DNA from: an uncultured Nitrososphaerota archaeon
GTDB taxonomy: Archaea; Thermoproteota; Nitrososphaeria; Nitrososphaerales; Nitrosopumilaceae
Assembly: GCA_963824385.1 (NCBI GenBank)
Contig: CAWGPD010000003.1
Coordinates: 224,001-288,000, forward strand
Reading direction: 5' to 3'
DNA: 64,000 nt
Under the pieces are notes generated by a model. The model was not told the DNA's origin, ran no database searches, and saw nothing but the letters and a program-made list of their open reading frames with translations. Both the position numbers and the translations under genes were made by a program. Shown here in pieces: positions 1 to 10,237 of the stretch. The stretch's first letter is position 1. Each line of letters opens with the position of its first letter.

Positions 1-93
1 TTAACATGTATAGGAGAATGTGCGAACGAGAAAATATTCCCTTTAAGAAGAATCTTTTGGTTGATAACATTTCAATTATTTTAGAAAAACCAT

Positions 94-537
94 ATGATGA
101 TGCAAGAACTAAATATGACCGATAATGGAGGAGGAAACATGTCTACAGATACAGAATCTTGCAATCATGAAATAGTTTACTTTGGAGTGACCAATGTTAA
201 TTATGAAAAAAGAACTATAGGTTCAGTTGATACATGGCGTTGTGTAAAATGTAAGAAAATTTTTTGTGAAGAAAAGCAACTTGGTATTGATAGTATAGTA
301 GACTATGTAGGAATGCCAAAAATATCTCCAGATCAAAAATGGGCTGTGCTTTTATGCAACCTTAAAAAACACAAGGAGAAATGGAAGCTAGTAAAGATAA
401 AACAAAATGATGAAATTCAACACGAATGTGTTGATGAAAAAATAATACAACTTAAGGTTAAGGACTTTAAGATTGAAGATGATAAACACTGGAATTTTCT
501 TATAGAAAATTCTATTAACAAAGCAATAGAGATCTAA
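94..537 (+). CDS. Hypothetical protein, possible Zn-binding (C-x-H ... CxxC)
   Basis: 147-aa ORF with CNHE and CVKC motifs. GGAGGAGG before the ATG at ~139 suggests a later start. Confidence 0.65.
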   Translation: MMMQELNMTDNGGGNMSTDTESCNHEIVYFGVTNVNYEKRTIGSVDTWRCVKCKKIFCEEKQLGIDSIVDYVGMPKISPDQKWAVLLCNLKKHKEKWKLVKIKQNDEIQHECVDEKIIQLKVKDFKIEDDKHWNFLIENSINKAIEI

Positions 538-544
538 GTTTTAC

Positions 545-829
545 ATGGATATTCAAGTTCATATTAATAATGTTCGTGGAAGTCAAATAGCCGCCAAGAT
601 AACTGGTACTTTTAACATTGATGGTAATCCATTCAAGTTTCAAGCAATAGCGTTTGGAAGAATTGGAGGACATAATATTGGAGCAAAAATTTCAAAGACA
701 GTTGAAAAGAATCTGATTAAACTTGGCTATGACATAGACGAAGTGATAAACGAATTACAACAAAAACTTGTTCGTGGAGATATTACTCTTCCTGAAGGAT
801 TGACAAAAGATTCCTTTGCAGATGGCTAG
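545..829 (+). CDS. Hypothetical protein
   Basis: 94-aa ORF 7 bp after the previous gene, same strand, protein-like composition. Confidence 0.65.
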   Translation: MDIQVHINNVRGSQIAAKITGTFNIDGNPFKFQAIAFGRIGGHNIGAKISKTVEKNLIKLGYDIDEVINELQQKLVRGDITLPEGLTKDSFADG

Positions 830-1620
830 AATTGTGCTTCTTCAAATGCCTTGTGACATGAGCAACCGCGTTGTTGTGGAATTAAGTCAAAAAGCAGACC
901 AAGTATATTCTTTGTAGTGCCTACATTCTTTGATAGTGTCTCTAAAACCTCTTTTGCAGTAACAGGCTTTTGAGCCCATACATCATAATCAGTTACTGTA
1001 GAAATTGACACATAACACATCTGAGCTTCTCTTGCAAGCTGACACTCTGGAACTAGAGTCATTCCTATGATATCTGCACCTATGACATTTTTGTAAAATT
1101 TTGATTCTGCTCTTGTTGAAAATCTAGGTCCCTCAATGCAAATGTATGTAGCATCTTTATGTATGTGAAGATTCATTTTTTTTGAAACATCCAAAACAAC
1201 ATTTTGCAGCTCTGGACAAAATGGATCTGCTACAGATATGTGAATTACTTTACCGTCTTCATAGAGTGTGTATTTTCTTGATTTTGTAAAATCTATAAAT
1301 TGTGATGGAAGTACCACATCGCCAGGTTTTAATTCTTTTTTTAAACTTCCAACTGCAGATGGCGCAATGATTCTTTTAATTCCCATCTCTTTGAATGCCC
1401 AAATATTTGCTCTGAAGTTTATTAAATGAGGTGGAATTGTATGTTTTTTACCATGTCTTGGCATGAATGCAACTTTTCTTCCTTTGTAAATTCCAACTGT
1501 TATGGAATCTGAAGTTTTTCCAAATGGTGTTTCTACGTTGATCTCTTTGCTTTCAGCAAGTAAACCAGAATCATATATTCCAGTTCCGCCAAAAATGCCT
1601 ATCTCCGCCTGCTCTATCAA
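826..1620 (-). CDS. mtnP: S-methyl-5'-thioadenosine phosphorylase
   Basis: [29 protein letters not shown] and VTDYD motifs. Confidence 0.95.
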   Translation of the reverse strand: MIEQAEIGIFGGTGIYDSGLLAESKEINVETPFGKTSDSITVGIYKGRKVAFMPRHGKKHTIPPHLINFRANIWAFKEMGIKRIIAPSAVGSLKKELKPGDVVLPSQFIDFTKSRKYTLYEDGKVIHISVADPFCPELQNVVLDVSKKMNLHIHKDATYICIEGPRFSTRAESKFYKNVIGADIIGMTLVPECQLAREAQMCYVSISTVTDYDVWAQKPVTAKEVLETLSKNVGTTKNILGLLFDLIPQQRGCSCHKAFEEAQF

Positions 1621-2129
1621 TATTTCACCAGCGCATTTTGTTTGTAGTCTTTGATAACTTTTGATCCCTTCAAATCTGTTAATTCTATAATAAAAGCAAA
1701 ACCTGATATCTTGCCGCCAATCTTTTCAACTAATTTTGCAGCAGCTTTTGCTGTTCCACCAGTTGCAAGCAAGTCATCACAAATGTAGACTTTTTGTCCT
1801 TTCTTTAACGCGTCAACTTGGATCTCCATTGTAGCACTTCCATATTCAATACTGTATGATACCTTATGAGTAGCACCTGGTAGTTTTCCTTGTTTTCTAA
1901 TCATTATCATTCCTTTGTTGTATTTGAGAGCTAATGCACAAGCTAATGGAAAGCCTCTCGACTCTATCCCTGCAAAAATATCAACATCATTTGGATGGAT
2001 TATCTTTGTAAATTCTTCTATTACTAGTGATAAAGCAGCAGGGTCTCTTAAAAGAGGGCTGATGTCTCTAAACAAAATTCCTTTTTTTGGAAAATCGGGT
2101 ATCTCTGCAATCTTGTCCCTCAGATTCAT
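1617..2129 (-). CDS. apt: Adenine phosphoribosyltransferase
   Basis: [20 protein letters not shown] and PRPP-binding DDLLATGGT. Confidence 0.95.
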   Translation of the reverse strand: MNLRDKIAEIPDFPKKGILFRDISPLLRDPAALSLVIEEFTKIIHPNDVDIFAGIESRGFPLACALALKYNKGMIMIRKQGKLPGATHKVSYSIEYGSATMEIQVDALKKGQKVYICDDLLATGGTAKAAAKLVEKIGGKISGFAFIIELTDLKGSKVIKDYKQNALVKY

Positions 2130-2176
2130 AAATTGCTGACAAGTTGTGGATGTAAAAAATATTGCTAATGGAGATA

Positions 2177-4417
2177 TTATTGAATCGTTATGCTGATAGT
2201 GGATTTACTAGTAGGGGATGATGCTTCAATTGAATATATTCCAGGACTGATATTGTTCGGAACTACCCAATCTGTATTGTAATCACCTGAGGTTGTTGAT
2301 GCTGTTGATAAGGTCTCAATAGTCGTGCTATTATTTCCAATCTTAACGTATACAGATGCTGAATTGCCAGCATCAGTTCCTGAAATTGAAACGACGTCTC
2401 CTCTTGTATAAGTGGCGGATGATCTATCTAGTTTGACAGTAATTCCCTGTGTAGATGATTTCACAGTTATGTTTGTGACATGATCGTTTATTCCACTTGT
2501 AGCATCAAGTTTCCATGTTCCAGGTGTTGCAATAAATGGTACATTAAAATCAAATGAAGAAAAGTGACCGCTTTTATCTGCAAATGTCTGTATTGTTTTT
2601 ATCAATGCTCCATTAGGATCAATCAAAGAAATTTGAAGTAGAGTATCTGGATTGGCTGATCCAATAATTATGATGTTATCGCCAGGTAGATATGTATCCT
2701 TTACTGTATTGAGCAGAATTGTTCCAGAGCCTACTGATAGACCAACTGCAAAGTCTTTTTCGACTTTTTGATCTGCATGGGTGATTACTGCTGAATAAAT
2801 GCCTGGTGTATATGATGTTAAATTGAAAGAATATGTCGCTTGTCCTTGTTGCCCTAATGTTATGATATCTGAAAACTTTTGTTTATCTGACGGATCTATT
2901 ATGATAAGATTGAGGGTTGATGATGGAGGACCTGTTACGCTAAGTACTGGGTTATCAGCATCTGTATAACTGAGTTTATCCATAGTCATTGTTATGGGAG
3001 GAGATGGATCTTCTCCCACTCCAAAGTAAATTTCTGATACGTCATTACCTTGAGTAATAGTTATTGAATATGTTCCATCTGTAGCCGTGGTTTCTAATTG
3101 ATATGTTGCTGAGACAATGCCTGCAGATGTTACGTTTGCACTTGTTGAATAAATTGGATGACCTGAAGGATCTGCAATAAGAAAACTCACAATCTGATTT
3201 GATATTGAAGTACCGTTCATGACAACCACTTGTCCTGGGTCATATCTTTGTGACGATGTTATAACTGAAATCTGATGAGTTGTTACGATACTATATCCTT
3301 TGGAAACTTGATCTTTTCCATCGGAGATAGTTACTGAATATTTTCCAAACACTGCATCTACAGACACATTTTCGTTAACCGCATAATTTCCATTTTTATC
3401 AGCAAGTGCCGTCATTGTCGTTGTTGGGGATCCGTTTGAGTCAAAAATAGTGAGAGTTAAAGTGGTTCCTGGAGTCGCTGTACCTGAAATTATTTTTGTT
3501 TCTCCTCGATGAAATATGGGATCCAAATTTATTGTTAAAGGAATGGTTTTAGATACTACACTTCCATGTTGCTGTGCTACTTCCAGATTTGTAGAAAATG
3601 ATTTTTGATTACCCTGCTGATCCTTTAGAATAAATTCAACACTTCCAACTGGTTCAGAATTTGGTATGACAGCAGTTGCAACAAAATTTCCATTTCCATC
3701 AGATGAAAATGAATCTATCTTGTTATTGCCTATAAACAAATCAAGGTTGGTTGATGCAGAAAAACTAAGACCGACTATACGTACATGATTGCCTATTCCA
3801 GGAGTTGAGGGAATTATTCTAAATGTTGATGAGCTCAATATTCCTTGTACTGTTTGTTGTACTGGCGTACTTGTAGGTGTTTGAGTATTGCTAGGTGTTT
3901 GAGTATTGCTAGGTGTTTGAGTATTGCTAGGTGTTTGAGTATTGCTAGGTGTTTGAGTATTGCTAGGTGTTTGAGTATTGCTAGGTGTTTGAGTACCAAT
4001 ATTGCCAGAGCCAACTTGAATGTTATTTGAATCAAATGCACTCCATGTCATGTTAGGTATCTGCTGATCTGTTTTGATTTGAAAAGATGTTGATTCTCCT
4101 GACATTAGTGGTTCTATTGCACTAAATGCAAGAGTAGTTGGGGAAGTTTTCATACCTGCCCAATTATTATCCAGATTGAATGATTTGAAAGTGCCGCCGT
4201 TTATTTGTAAAATGAATGAAACTACACCTATAGTGCTATTTGCATTATTGCTTATAGACAGTACTGTCATTCCACCTGTATTTGTAGTAGTTACGGTTAC
4301 AACTGAAGGAGATGCATTAACTTGCTGTACAGTATATGTTGTAAATATGCTACTAACAAGTAGGACAATAAGAATGACTGATTTTAATAACACTTTACTC
4401 ATAGACTGAAAAACCAA
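2177..4417 (-). CDS. Secreted/cell-surface protein with repeated beta-rich (Ig-like) modules and a TQTPSN linker
   Basis: N-terminal hydrophobic signal, S/T/G-rich sequence, recurring DP.G and G.Y.I modules. Confidence 0.8.
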   Translation of the reverse strand: MVFQSMSKVLLKSVILIVLLVSSIFTTYTVQQVNASPSVVTVTTTNTGGMTVLSISNNANSTIGVVSFILQINGGTFKSFNLDNNWAGMKTSPTTLAFSAIEPLMSGESTSFQIKTDQQIPNMTWSAFDSNNIQVGSGNIGTQTPSNTQTPSNTQTPSNTQTPSNTQTPSNTQTPSNTQTPTSTPVQQTVQGILSSSTFRIIPSTPGIGNHVRIVGLSFSASTNLDLFIGNNKIDSFSSDGNGNFVATAVIPNSEPVGSVEFILKDQQGNQKSFSTNLEVAQQHGSVVSKTIPLTINLDPIFHRGETKIISGTATPGTTLTLTIFDSNGSPTTTMTALADKNGNYAVNENVSVDAVFGKYSVTISDGKDQVSKGYSIVTTHQISVITSSQRYDPGQVVVMNGTSISNQIVSFLIADPSGHPIYSTSANVTSAGIVSATYQLETTATDGTYSITITQGNDVSEIYFGVGEDPSPPITMTMDKLSYTDADNPVLSVTGPPSSTLNLIIIDPSDKQKFSDIITLGQQGQATYSFNLTSYTPGIYSAVITHADQKVEKDFAVGLSVGSGTILLNTVKDTYLPGDNIIIIGSANPDTLLQISLIDPNGALIKTIQTFADKSGHFSSFDFNVPFIATPGTWKLDATSGINDHVTNITVKSSTQGITVKLDRSSATYTRGDVVSISGTDAGNSASVYVKIGNNSTTIETLSTASTTSGDYNTDWVVPNNISPGIYSIEASSPTSKSTISITIQ
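3874..3995. repeat. Perfect 18-bp tandem repeat (TAGGTGTTTGAGTATTGC, ~6.8 copies) encoding (TQTPSN)n
   Basis: Directly visible; no spacers between units. Confidence 0.95.
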
Positions 4418-4510
4418 TCTCTCAATTAAATCTTAATAGGGAATCATACTTTTTCATCTTCACTGGCATGTAATTTATGAGTAAAGTACAAATGTTGATA
4501 TTTTTCAGCT

Positions 4511-6592
4511 CTATCTACTAAAAGTTGTAGATGTCTGTGATACTAGGTTTTGATTCTGTCTTATTCTCTCAGCAATCAATCTGTATAATGACCTGAATTG
4601 GTCCTTTGTTTTATCTGATAAAAAGTCCGTTTCACCTAATACCATTTTTTCACAAATATATCTGCAAATTTCTTCTCTGTCAAACGTTTCCCAACCCTGA
4701 TGCTGATTTTCCTTCCAAATCTCGTTTAGATTATCTATAATGCTTTTCTTACCCTTGCTTAATACTTGATCCTTCGTTAATGTGACATATCCTTCTTTTC
4801 TTAGTTTGACTTCATAAGTCTGGTTTACTGCATAAAGATAATCTTCGTCTACCAAAAGGTCTTCTATGAATAGCCTTGGCTGTCCTGCAAGTTCAAAGAA
4901 CACCATCTGTACTGATTTGAATTCATTTGATTGTAGTTCTGTAGAAATTTTTCTTGATTCTTCCGTATTGTCCAATAAAATGAAAGTGTCATACCCATGA
5001 TTTTTATAAAATATTGCAAGGGACATGACTGAATTCTTGTTGTATGCTGGAACTATGTTGAGCGGATTCATGGATAGATTTGGATCCTTTAGGAATCTGT
5101 CAAATGCATTTAGATACATGCAATCAGACATGGTCTCAACTATTATCACGGGTCTTGAATTGAAACCAATTTGCTTGTCTACTATGGATTCAACAAGACC
5201 TCTTGACAGGCCGTATAAAATTGGAATAAGGGTTTGATCATCTGCGTTCCAGTAATCGTAATAGATCTTACTTAGATGTTTTCTCTTATCAAGCTCTACT
5301 ACAAGCAGATTGCCCTGAGTATAATCAAATATCATAAACGGTGAGTGGGTGGCATATAATATTTGATTTGAACCAGCTAGACCCTTTAGTAGATCTGAAA
5401 TTCCTCTCTGTTGAGCAGGATGTAGGTTTCTGGCAGGTTCGTCAAGTAATAATATTGCTTCTTTCAATTCTGCCTTTTGTGTTTCTGCCGCAAAATTTAC
5501 AATGAATGAAAAAGTCCACTTGAATCCTTCAGCTCTTCTGTTAAGTAGTCCTGTGTTTGTAACGGTGCCATCTTTGTGAACATCTGAGATAACTACACTC
5601 AAAACATTTCCTGGGTTCCATCTTAATTCAACATGAATTGGATCCCCCTTCCATGCTGGATTGAGTCTCTCACTTAATCTTCTACTTGAAATGTTTAATA
5701 ATTTTATGAGTCTTGATGGACTATTTTTGGCCTCTTCAAGCTTTTGAGCATCAAGCTCTGCCAAATAAAATAAATTATTGACAGTCTCCGCCTTGTCAAA
5801 TTCCTCCACATATTCTAATCCCTTTGCTTTAATTCCCTTTGATTCTCTCACAAATTCCTCCAAGTCAATATTTCCAAGTATCTTCTTGTAGTCTGAAAAG
5901 TAAACAAATCGAGGATGTAGTTTATCTTCGATGAAATTGTCTAATGCTGAGCGCTCGTTTGTTCCTATCAGCATATTGTCAAATATACTCTCTAGGTCTT
6001 GGAAGATGTTCTTCCACTCTGAAATTACTTGCTGATCTTGTGATGCAATCAGGTAGATGTTATTATTGAATTCCGCCATCATATCCATGAAAACTTCGCG
6101 TGTTCGTGGTGGAGGTGCATCTAGAAATTTGGTATCGGCTCTAATTCGTATGGGGTTTGGCATTGCTAATACAAATGACTTGATTCTGTCTACAAAGTTT
6201 TCCCATGAGTTGAGTCTCTTGCTAGCTTCACCACTAATTTTTACTTCACCAAAATCATATTGTATTCTAGGATTCTTATTAGTCCTGTAAATCATCATCT
6301 TTTTTATATCTTGGAGATTTGGAAATTTTTCTCGAATTAATGAAGTCTCCTTTTCACTTAGTACAAACTCACCTTCAGCTAATCTAATTTCTGATTTGAG
6401 AACTTCGGTCATTTCATCACATAAATCTAGATCAGAAACCTTTGTGTCCTTGTTGAGCAATGTGAGAGCTTCTAAAATTGTGGTTTTACCACTTTCATTT
6501 CTTCCTACAAATGCAGCAAGATCTCCTACTTTAATTTCACCAGAATCATGAATACAACGATAACCTTGCACTCTGAATTTTCTAAGCCGCAT
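4511..6592 (-). CDS. ABC-type ATPase with C-terminal TOPRIM-like domain (OLD-family nuclease-like)
   Basis: Walker A GRNESGKT, Walker B LLLDEP, H-loop ATHSP; C-terminal IIVETMSD...LLDNT...IEDL. Confidence 0.75.
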   Translation of the reverse strand: MRLRKFRVQGYRCIHDSGEIKVGDLAAFVGRNESGKTTILEALTLLNKDTKVSDLDLCDEMTEVLKSEIRLAEGEFVLSEKETSLIREKFPNLQDIKKMMIYRTNKNPRIQYDFGEVKISGEASKRLNSWENFVDRIKSFVLAMPNPIRIRADTKFLDAPPPRTREVFMDMMAEFNNNIYLIASQDQQVISEWKNIFQDLESIFDNMLIGTNERSALDNFIEDKLHPRFVYFSDYKKILGNIDLEEFVRESKGIKAKGLEYVEEFDKAETVNNLFYLAELDAQKLEEAKNSPSRLIKLLNISSRRLSERLNPAWKGDPIHVELRWNPGNVLSVVISDVHKDGTVTNTGLLNRRAEGFKWTFSFIVNFAAETQKAELKEAILLLDEPARNLHPAQQRGISDLLKGLAGSNQILYATHSPFMIFDYTQGNLLVVELDKRKHLSKIYYDYWNADDQTLIPILYGLSRGLVESIVDKQIGFNSRPVIIVETMSDCMYLNAFDRFLKDPNLSMNPLNIVPAYNKNSVMSLAIFYKNHGYDTFILLDNTEESRKISTELQSNEFKSVQMVFFELAGQPRLFIEDLLVDEDYLYAVNQTYEVKLRKEGYVTLTKDQVLSKGKKSIIDNLNEIWKENQHQGWETFDREEICRYICEKMVLGETDFLSDKTKDQFRSLYRLIAERIRQNQNLVSQTSTTFSR

Positions 6593-6647
6593 CTAGCGGC
6601 TATTGGCTTGGCTGTGATTTAACTTATTCGTCAAATTTATCAATTAG

Positions 6648-7178
6648 ATGTTTTTCGACCAAATAGATATATGGGAACTAGAGCGGTTATACTACAAATT
6701 GGCAGTCAAAAAAATTGCTTATCTTGTTTTTGTCTTTCCTGTTATAGTTTCATTGATTTTTGGAGGATTTGTATTATCTGATGTTTTAGGACAACCTGAT
6801 AGAAAATTAAACATGTGGCAATTTAAATTTGAAACACAAACTGGACAACAAGGAGACAATGACATTAGATTGTTGAATCTAAACAGTTCTTATCCTATAT
6901 CGGCACCACTTAACTTTAGAGTTATGGTAAATAATACGGCATTTGATTGTGGAGATCTGTATATGACAATATATGATCCAAATACATCTCCAATGCAGGT
7001 AATAGTCCAACATGCCTATTTTTCACAATGCTTTGCACAGAATGCTGCTACTCTGCCAATTCAAGATACTTTTTCACCTGTTATTGACAAAGCAGGTCTT
7101 TATCAGATTGTGGTAGAAATGAAGGACAAGACTAATCAAAATAGTACCAGTGTAAAGGCTAACTTTAACGTACAATAA
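6648..7178 (+). CDS. Membrane-anchored hypothetical protein
   Basis: One N-terminal TM segment followed by a beta-rich domain; start may be TTG ~6699. Confidence 0.7.
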   Translation: MFFDQIDIWELERLYYKLAVKKIAYLVFVFPVIVSLIFGGFVLSDVLGQPDRKLNMWQFKFETQTGQQGDNDIRLLNLNSSYPISAPLNFRVMVNNTAFDCGDLYMTIYDPNTSPMQVIVQHAYFSQCFAQNAATLPIQDTFSPVIDKAGLYQIVVEMKDKTNQNSTSVKANFNVQ

Positions 7179-7252
7179 GAAAATTATATGTTATTATATT
7201 GCACGAGTATTTGTAATCTTGAGGAATAACTTCTTGTTATTATTGAACCATC

Positions 7253-7840
7253 ATGGCTAAAAAAGAAAAAAAATCAATCAAAAAGATTGAAGAAAAAAAG
7301 GTAGTAGTCAAGACTGAAAAGAAAAAGGAAATTGCTAAACCTGAAAAGAAAAAGGAAATTGCTAAACCTGAAAAGAAAAAGACCAAGGCTGAACTGAAAA
7401 AAGAGGCTGAACTTTTAGAGGAAGAACTTGAAGAGATTGATGAAAAGGAGATAGAAAACTTCCAGATAGAAGGTCTGGATATGGAAAAATTAAAAACAAC
7501 TGTTCTAGGCTTGGTTGCAAAACGTGGAGACAATGGGATGTTCCAAAGTGAACTCTGGAAGAAACTCAAACTATCCAGTAGAGATGGTTCTAGACTTGCA
7601 CTAAAGCTTGAGAGACAACATCTTGTAAAAAGAGAAAAAATTCTTGAGAATGGTCGTTGGACTTACAAGCTAAAAATTGCACATGTACCAGTAACTACAC
7701 AATCAATAGAATCTGCACCATGTTTAATTTGTCCGGTTGAATCAAAATGTACCCTTGAAGGAGAAATTAGTCCACGAACTTGCCCTTTAATTGAACAATG
7801 GGTTTTAACTGAACTTTCTACCAAGAAGGTAAAGAAATGA
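7253..7840 (+). CDS. TFE-beta / RPC34-like transcription factor (winged helix + C-terminal 4-Cys Fe-S motif)
   Basis: wHTH (QSELWKKLKLSSRDGSRLALKLE) and C-terminal CLIC..C..SPRTC..W; Lys/Glu-rich N-terminus. Confidence 0.8.
   Translation: MAKKEKKSIKKIEEKKVVVKTEKKKEIAKPEKKKEIAKPEKKKTKAELKKEAELLEEELEEIDEKEIENFQIEGLDMEKLKTTVLGLVAKRGDNGMFQSELWKKLKLSSRDGSRLALKLERQHLVKREKILENGRWTYKLKIAHVPVTTQSIESAPCLICPVESKCTLEGEISPRTCPLIEQWVLTELSTKKVKK
7314..7381. repeat. 27-bp direct repeat (~2.5 copies) encoding EKKKEIAKP
   Basis: CTGAAAAGAAAAAGGAAATTGCTAAAC twice plus a partial third copy. Confidence 0.9.
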
Positions 7841-8434
7841 AATTAATTGATGCAAGGCGTGACTTGTATAGAAGATTAGCTCACAAAGAAGGATATCGAA
7901 GCAGAGCTGCATACAAACTAAAAGAACTGAATACCTCTTATCGAATAATTGGTCCTGGATTTTTTGTTTTAGATTTGGGATGTTCTCCTGGTGGATGGAC
8001 TCAAGTTGCAAAAGAACTTGCAGGAAATAAAGGACAAGTTATGGGTATTGACAAAGCATTTGTGGAAGAAATTCAAGATGTTCATATAATCAGGGGCGAT
8101 ATTGAGGATGAATCTGTTGTAGAACAAATTTTTGAGTATTTTGGAGGTAAAATTAACGCCGTAATATGTGATCTCTCACCAACAGTTACTGGACAATGGG
8201 ATGTGGATCATGGAAGACAAATCTCTCTTAACTATGCAGCAAGTAAAATTATGGACCAAGTTTTGGCACGAAAAGGTAATGCTTTATTCAAAGTATTTGA
8301 TGGTCAATATTCCATTGAATTCCGAGACTATATTCGAAAAAAATTTGCCAAAGTTCAGGCTAAGAAAACCACAAGCAAGTAGAAAATCTAGCAGCGAATT
8401 ATACTATGTTTGTTTAGGGTATCTTGGAAATTAA
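7837..8434 (+). CDS. rlmE: 23S rRNA 2'-O-methyltransferase RlmE/FtsJ (one extra base at ~8357-8361)
   Basis: YRSRAAYKL and DLGCSPGGW; the C-terminal KPQASRKSSSELY motif is in the next frame. Confidence 0.9.
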
Positions 8435-9564
8435 ACAAGAGATAAAATTTCATCAATTCTGGCATCTGTCTTAAACCCCGTTGGATTCATACTTGTTTTT
8501 GTAGCCCTTAGTCCAATACCTTGAATTTTTTCTATTATCTTATCTAGAGAAGGTGGCGCCGACTGATTTCTATGTCCGATCTCATCCAAGGTAAAATAGG
8601 AAGGTGCCATGTCTACTTCCTCCTGACACTTTTCTAGGAATGTTACACACGACTTGTCAACCTTCAAGTTCTTTTCTTCTAATATCATTGCGTCCACAAA
8701 ATTCCTGTCATGAAGATTCTCTATCCAAAGAGGTCCTGCAAGTTTTGCCTTTGAATTACAAATATTGCATACATGTTCAATCTCTTGTACAACTTTTCTG
8801 TTACCACAATTATCACAATGTAAAATATATCCCATACAATTTTTGGTATTTGTTCTAACAAGTATTTTGACATAAGCCTTGTAGTAATGCATACTATGTT
8901 GCACAAATAATGGTGCTATCATGATATCCATCCTTCCCGCAACAAGATTCATGCATCCAAGAACAAGTCGTAATGCTATCTCATTTCCATATGTGGTTCT
9001 AACTGGAGTTCCATAGTACTTGCGTTGACATGCTTCTGGAAATATTCCGTGTAATACAGTCAGGTCAGTAGCAGTGACTGACAAGAGCCCTCCATGAAAC
9101 GTAGCTCTGATTGCACAATCAAGATAGCGTGAAGGTGAGCCAAAAGGATCTACATCAACAATTGCACCACGTCCATCTCTTGATGAATGAAGACTCAGAA
9201 ATCTACATGCTTCATTTTCAGAAAACTCACATTTTGTTACTTGATTTAACTTTGCAATACTTTTTCCAATTTCAAGTGCTTGAGTATTTACATCATTTGC
9301 AACAACTTTTTCTATTGAACTGATTTCATTTGCAACTCTTATGCTTCTTGCACCAATCCCAGCAAGTGAATCCAAAAAGATCTTTGGACCCTTAAAATTT
9401 TTAAGAAATGCAGAATATGCTATTATGGAAAAATCTCTACTAATTCTAGCCCTTGGATTAAAAAACGCCGGTTCTTTTGGCGGTGTTTTTTCTGATAATG
9501 ACTCTCTTGGTACTAGAAGCTTTGTACTCCCTTCTGTTATCTCTGCAAGGTCAAACTCCAACAT
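8431..9564 (-). CDS. trm1: tRNA (guanine26-N2)-dimethyltransferase
   Basis: FFNP..RD.S, G.RSIR, DVDPFGSP and TATD motifs. Start trimmed to ATG 9564 to avoid overlapping rnhB. Confidence 0.92.
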   Translation of the reverse strand: MLEFDLAEITEGSTKLLVPRESLSEKTPPKEPAFFNPRARISRDFSIIAYSAFLKNFKGPKIFLDSLAGIGARSIRVANEISSIEKVVANDVNTQALEIGKSIAKLNQVTKCEFSENEACRFLSLHSSRDGRGAIVDVDPFGSPSRYLDCAIRATFHGGLLSVTATDLTVLHGIFPEACQRKYYGTPVRTTYGNEIALRLVLGCMNLVAGRMDIMIAPLFVQHSMHYYKAYVKILVRTNTKNCMGYILHCDNCGNRKVVQEIEHVCNICNSKAKLAGPLWIENLHDRNFVDAMILEEKNLKVDKSCVTFLEKCQEEVDMAPSYFTLDEIGHRNQSAPPSLDKIIEKIQGIGLRATKTSMNPTGFKTDARIDEILSLV

Positions 9565-9613
9565 TTTGTTATACCTAAAATGATTTAATACATCTAACGC
9601 AAGAATAATCAAA

Positions 9614-10237
9614 ATGCTAGTCTGCGGAGTAGATGACGCAGGTCGAGGTTCAGTCTTAGGTCCGCTTGTTATAGCTGGAATTTCTATTGAACGAAGTAAG
9701 ATTAAATATCTTTCTGCAATTGGTGTCAAGGATTCAAAACAACTTAGTCCAAAATCGCGAGAAAACTTGTATACTCAGATATTGTCTATAGTTGACTCTT
9801 ATTATGTTGCAAAAATTCCTCCAAGAATCATAGATAGGCATGTTAACAAAAATCTGCTAAATCAACTTGAAGCTGACTATATGGCCAAAGTAATAAAAAA
9901 ACTTGGGGCAAGTTCATCATACGTTGACTCATGTGATGTAAATCCAAAACGATTTGGATTATATATCTCAAATATTGCTCGCACTGGAAAAATTATCTCA
10001 AGTCATCATGCTGATAGAAAATATCCCGTAGTCTCTGCAGCATCAATTATTGCCAAAGTAAACAGGGATAGGGAGATTGAAAAACTACGAAAAAATCATG
10101 ATTTGGGAAGTGGATATCCGTCAGACTCTAAAACTATGGGATTTATCAAACAATGGATATCTCAAAATGGTGATGTTCCAGTCTTTGTCAGAAAGAGTTG
10201 GAAACCAATCAAAATATTGCTAAATAAATCATCCTAG
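9614..10237 (+). CDS. rnhB: Ribonuclease HII
   Basis: GVDDAGRG..LGPLV, DSK, VSAASIIAKV.RD and GSGYPSD. Confidence 0.95.
   Translation: MLVCGVDDAGRGSVLGPLVIAGISIERSKIKYLSAIGVKDSKQLSPKSRENLYTQILSIVDSYYVAKIPPRIIDRHVNKNLLNQLEADYMAKVIKKLGASSSYVDSCDVNPKRFGLYISNIARTGKIISSHHADRKYPVVSAASIIAKVNRDREIEKLRKNHDLGSGYPSDSKTMGFIKQWISQNGDVPVFVRKSWKPIKILLNKSS

Noticed and set aside
3874..3995. CRISPR array
   Set aside because: Units are contiguous 18-mers with no spacers, lie in frame within a CDS, and no cas genes are present.
3835..4041. ORFs with (KHLAIL)n or (RCLSIA)n repeats
   Set aside because: Alternative-frame translations of the VNTR inside the surface-protein gene.
9565..9729. Long N-terminal extensions of Trm1 (also fibrillarin to 11005 and Dph5 to 47435)
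   Set aside because: They overlap neighbouring genes; downstream starts match the expected protein N-termini.
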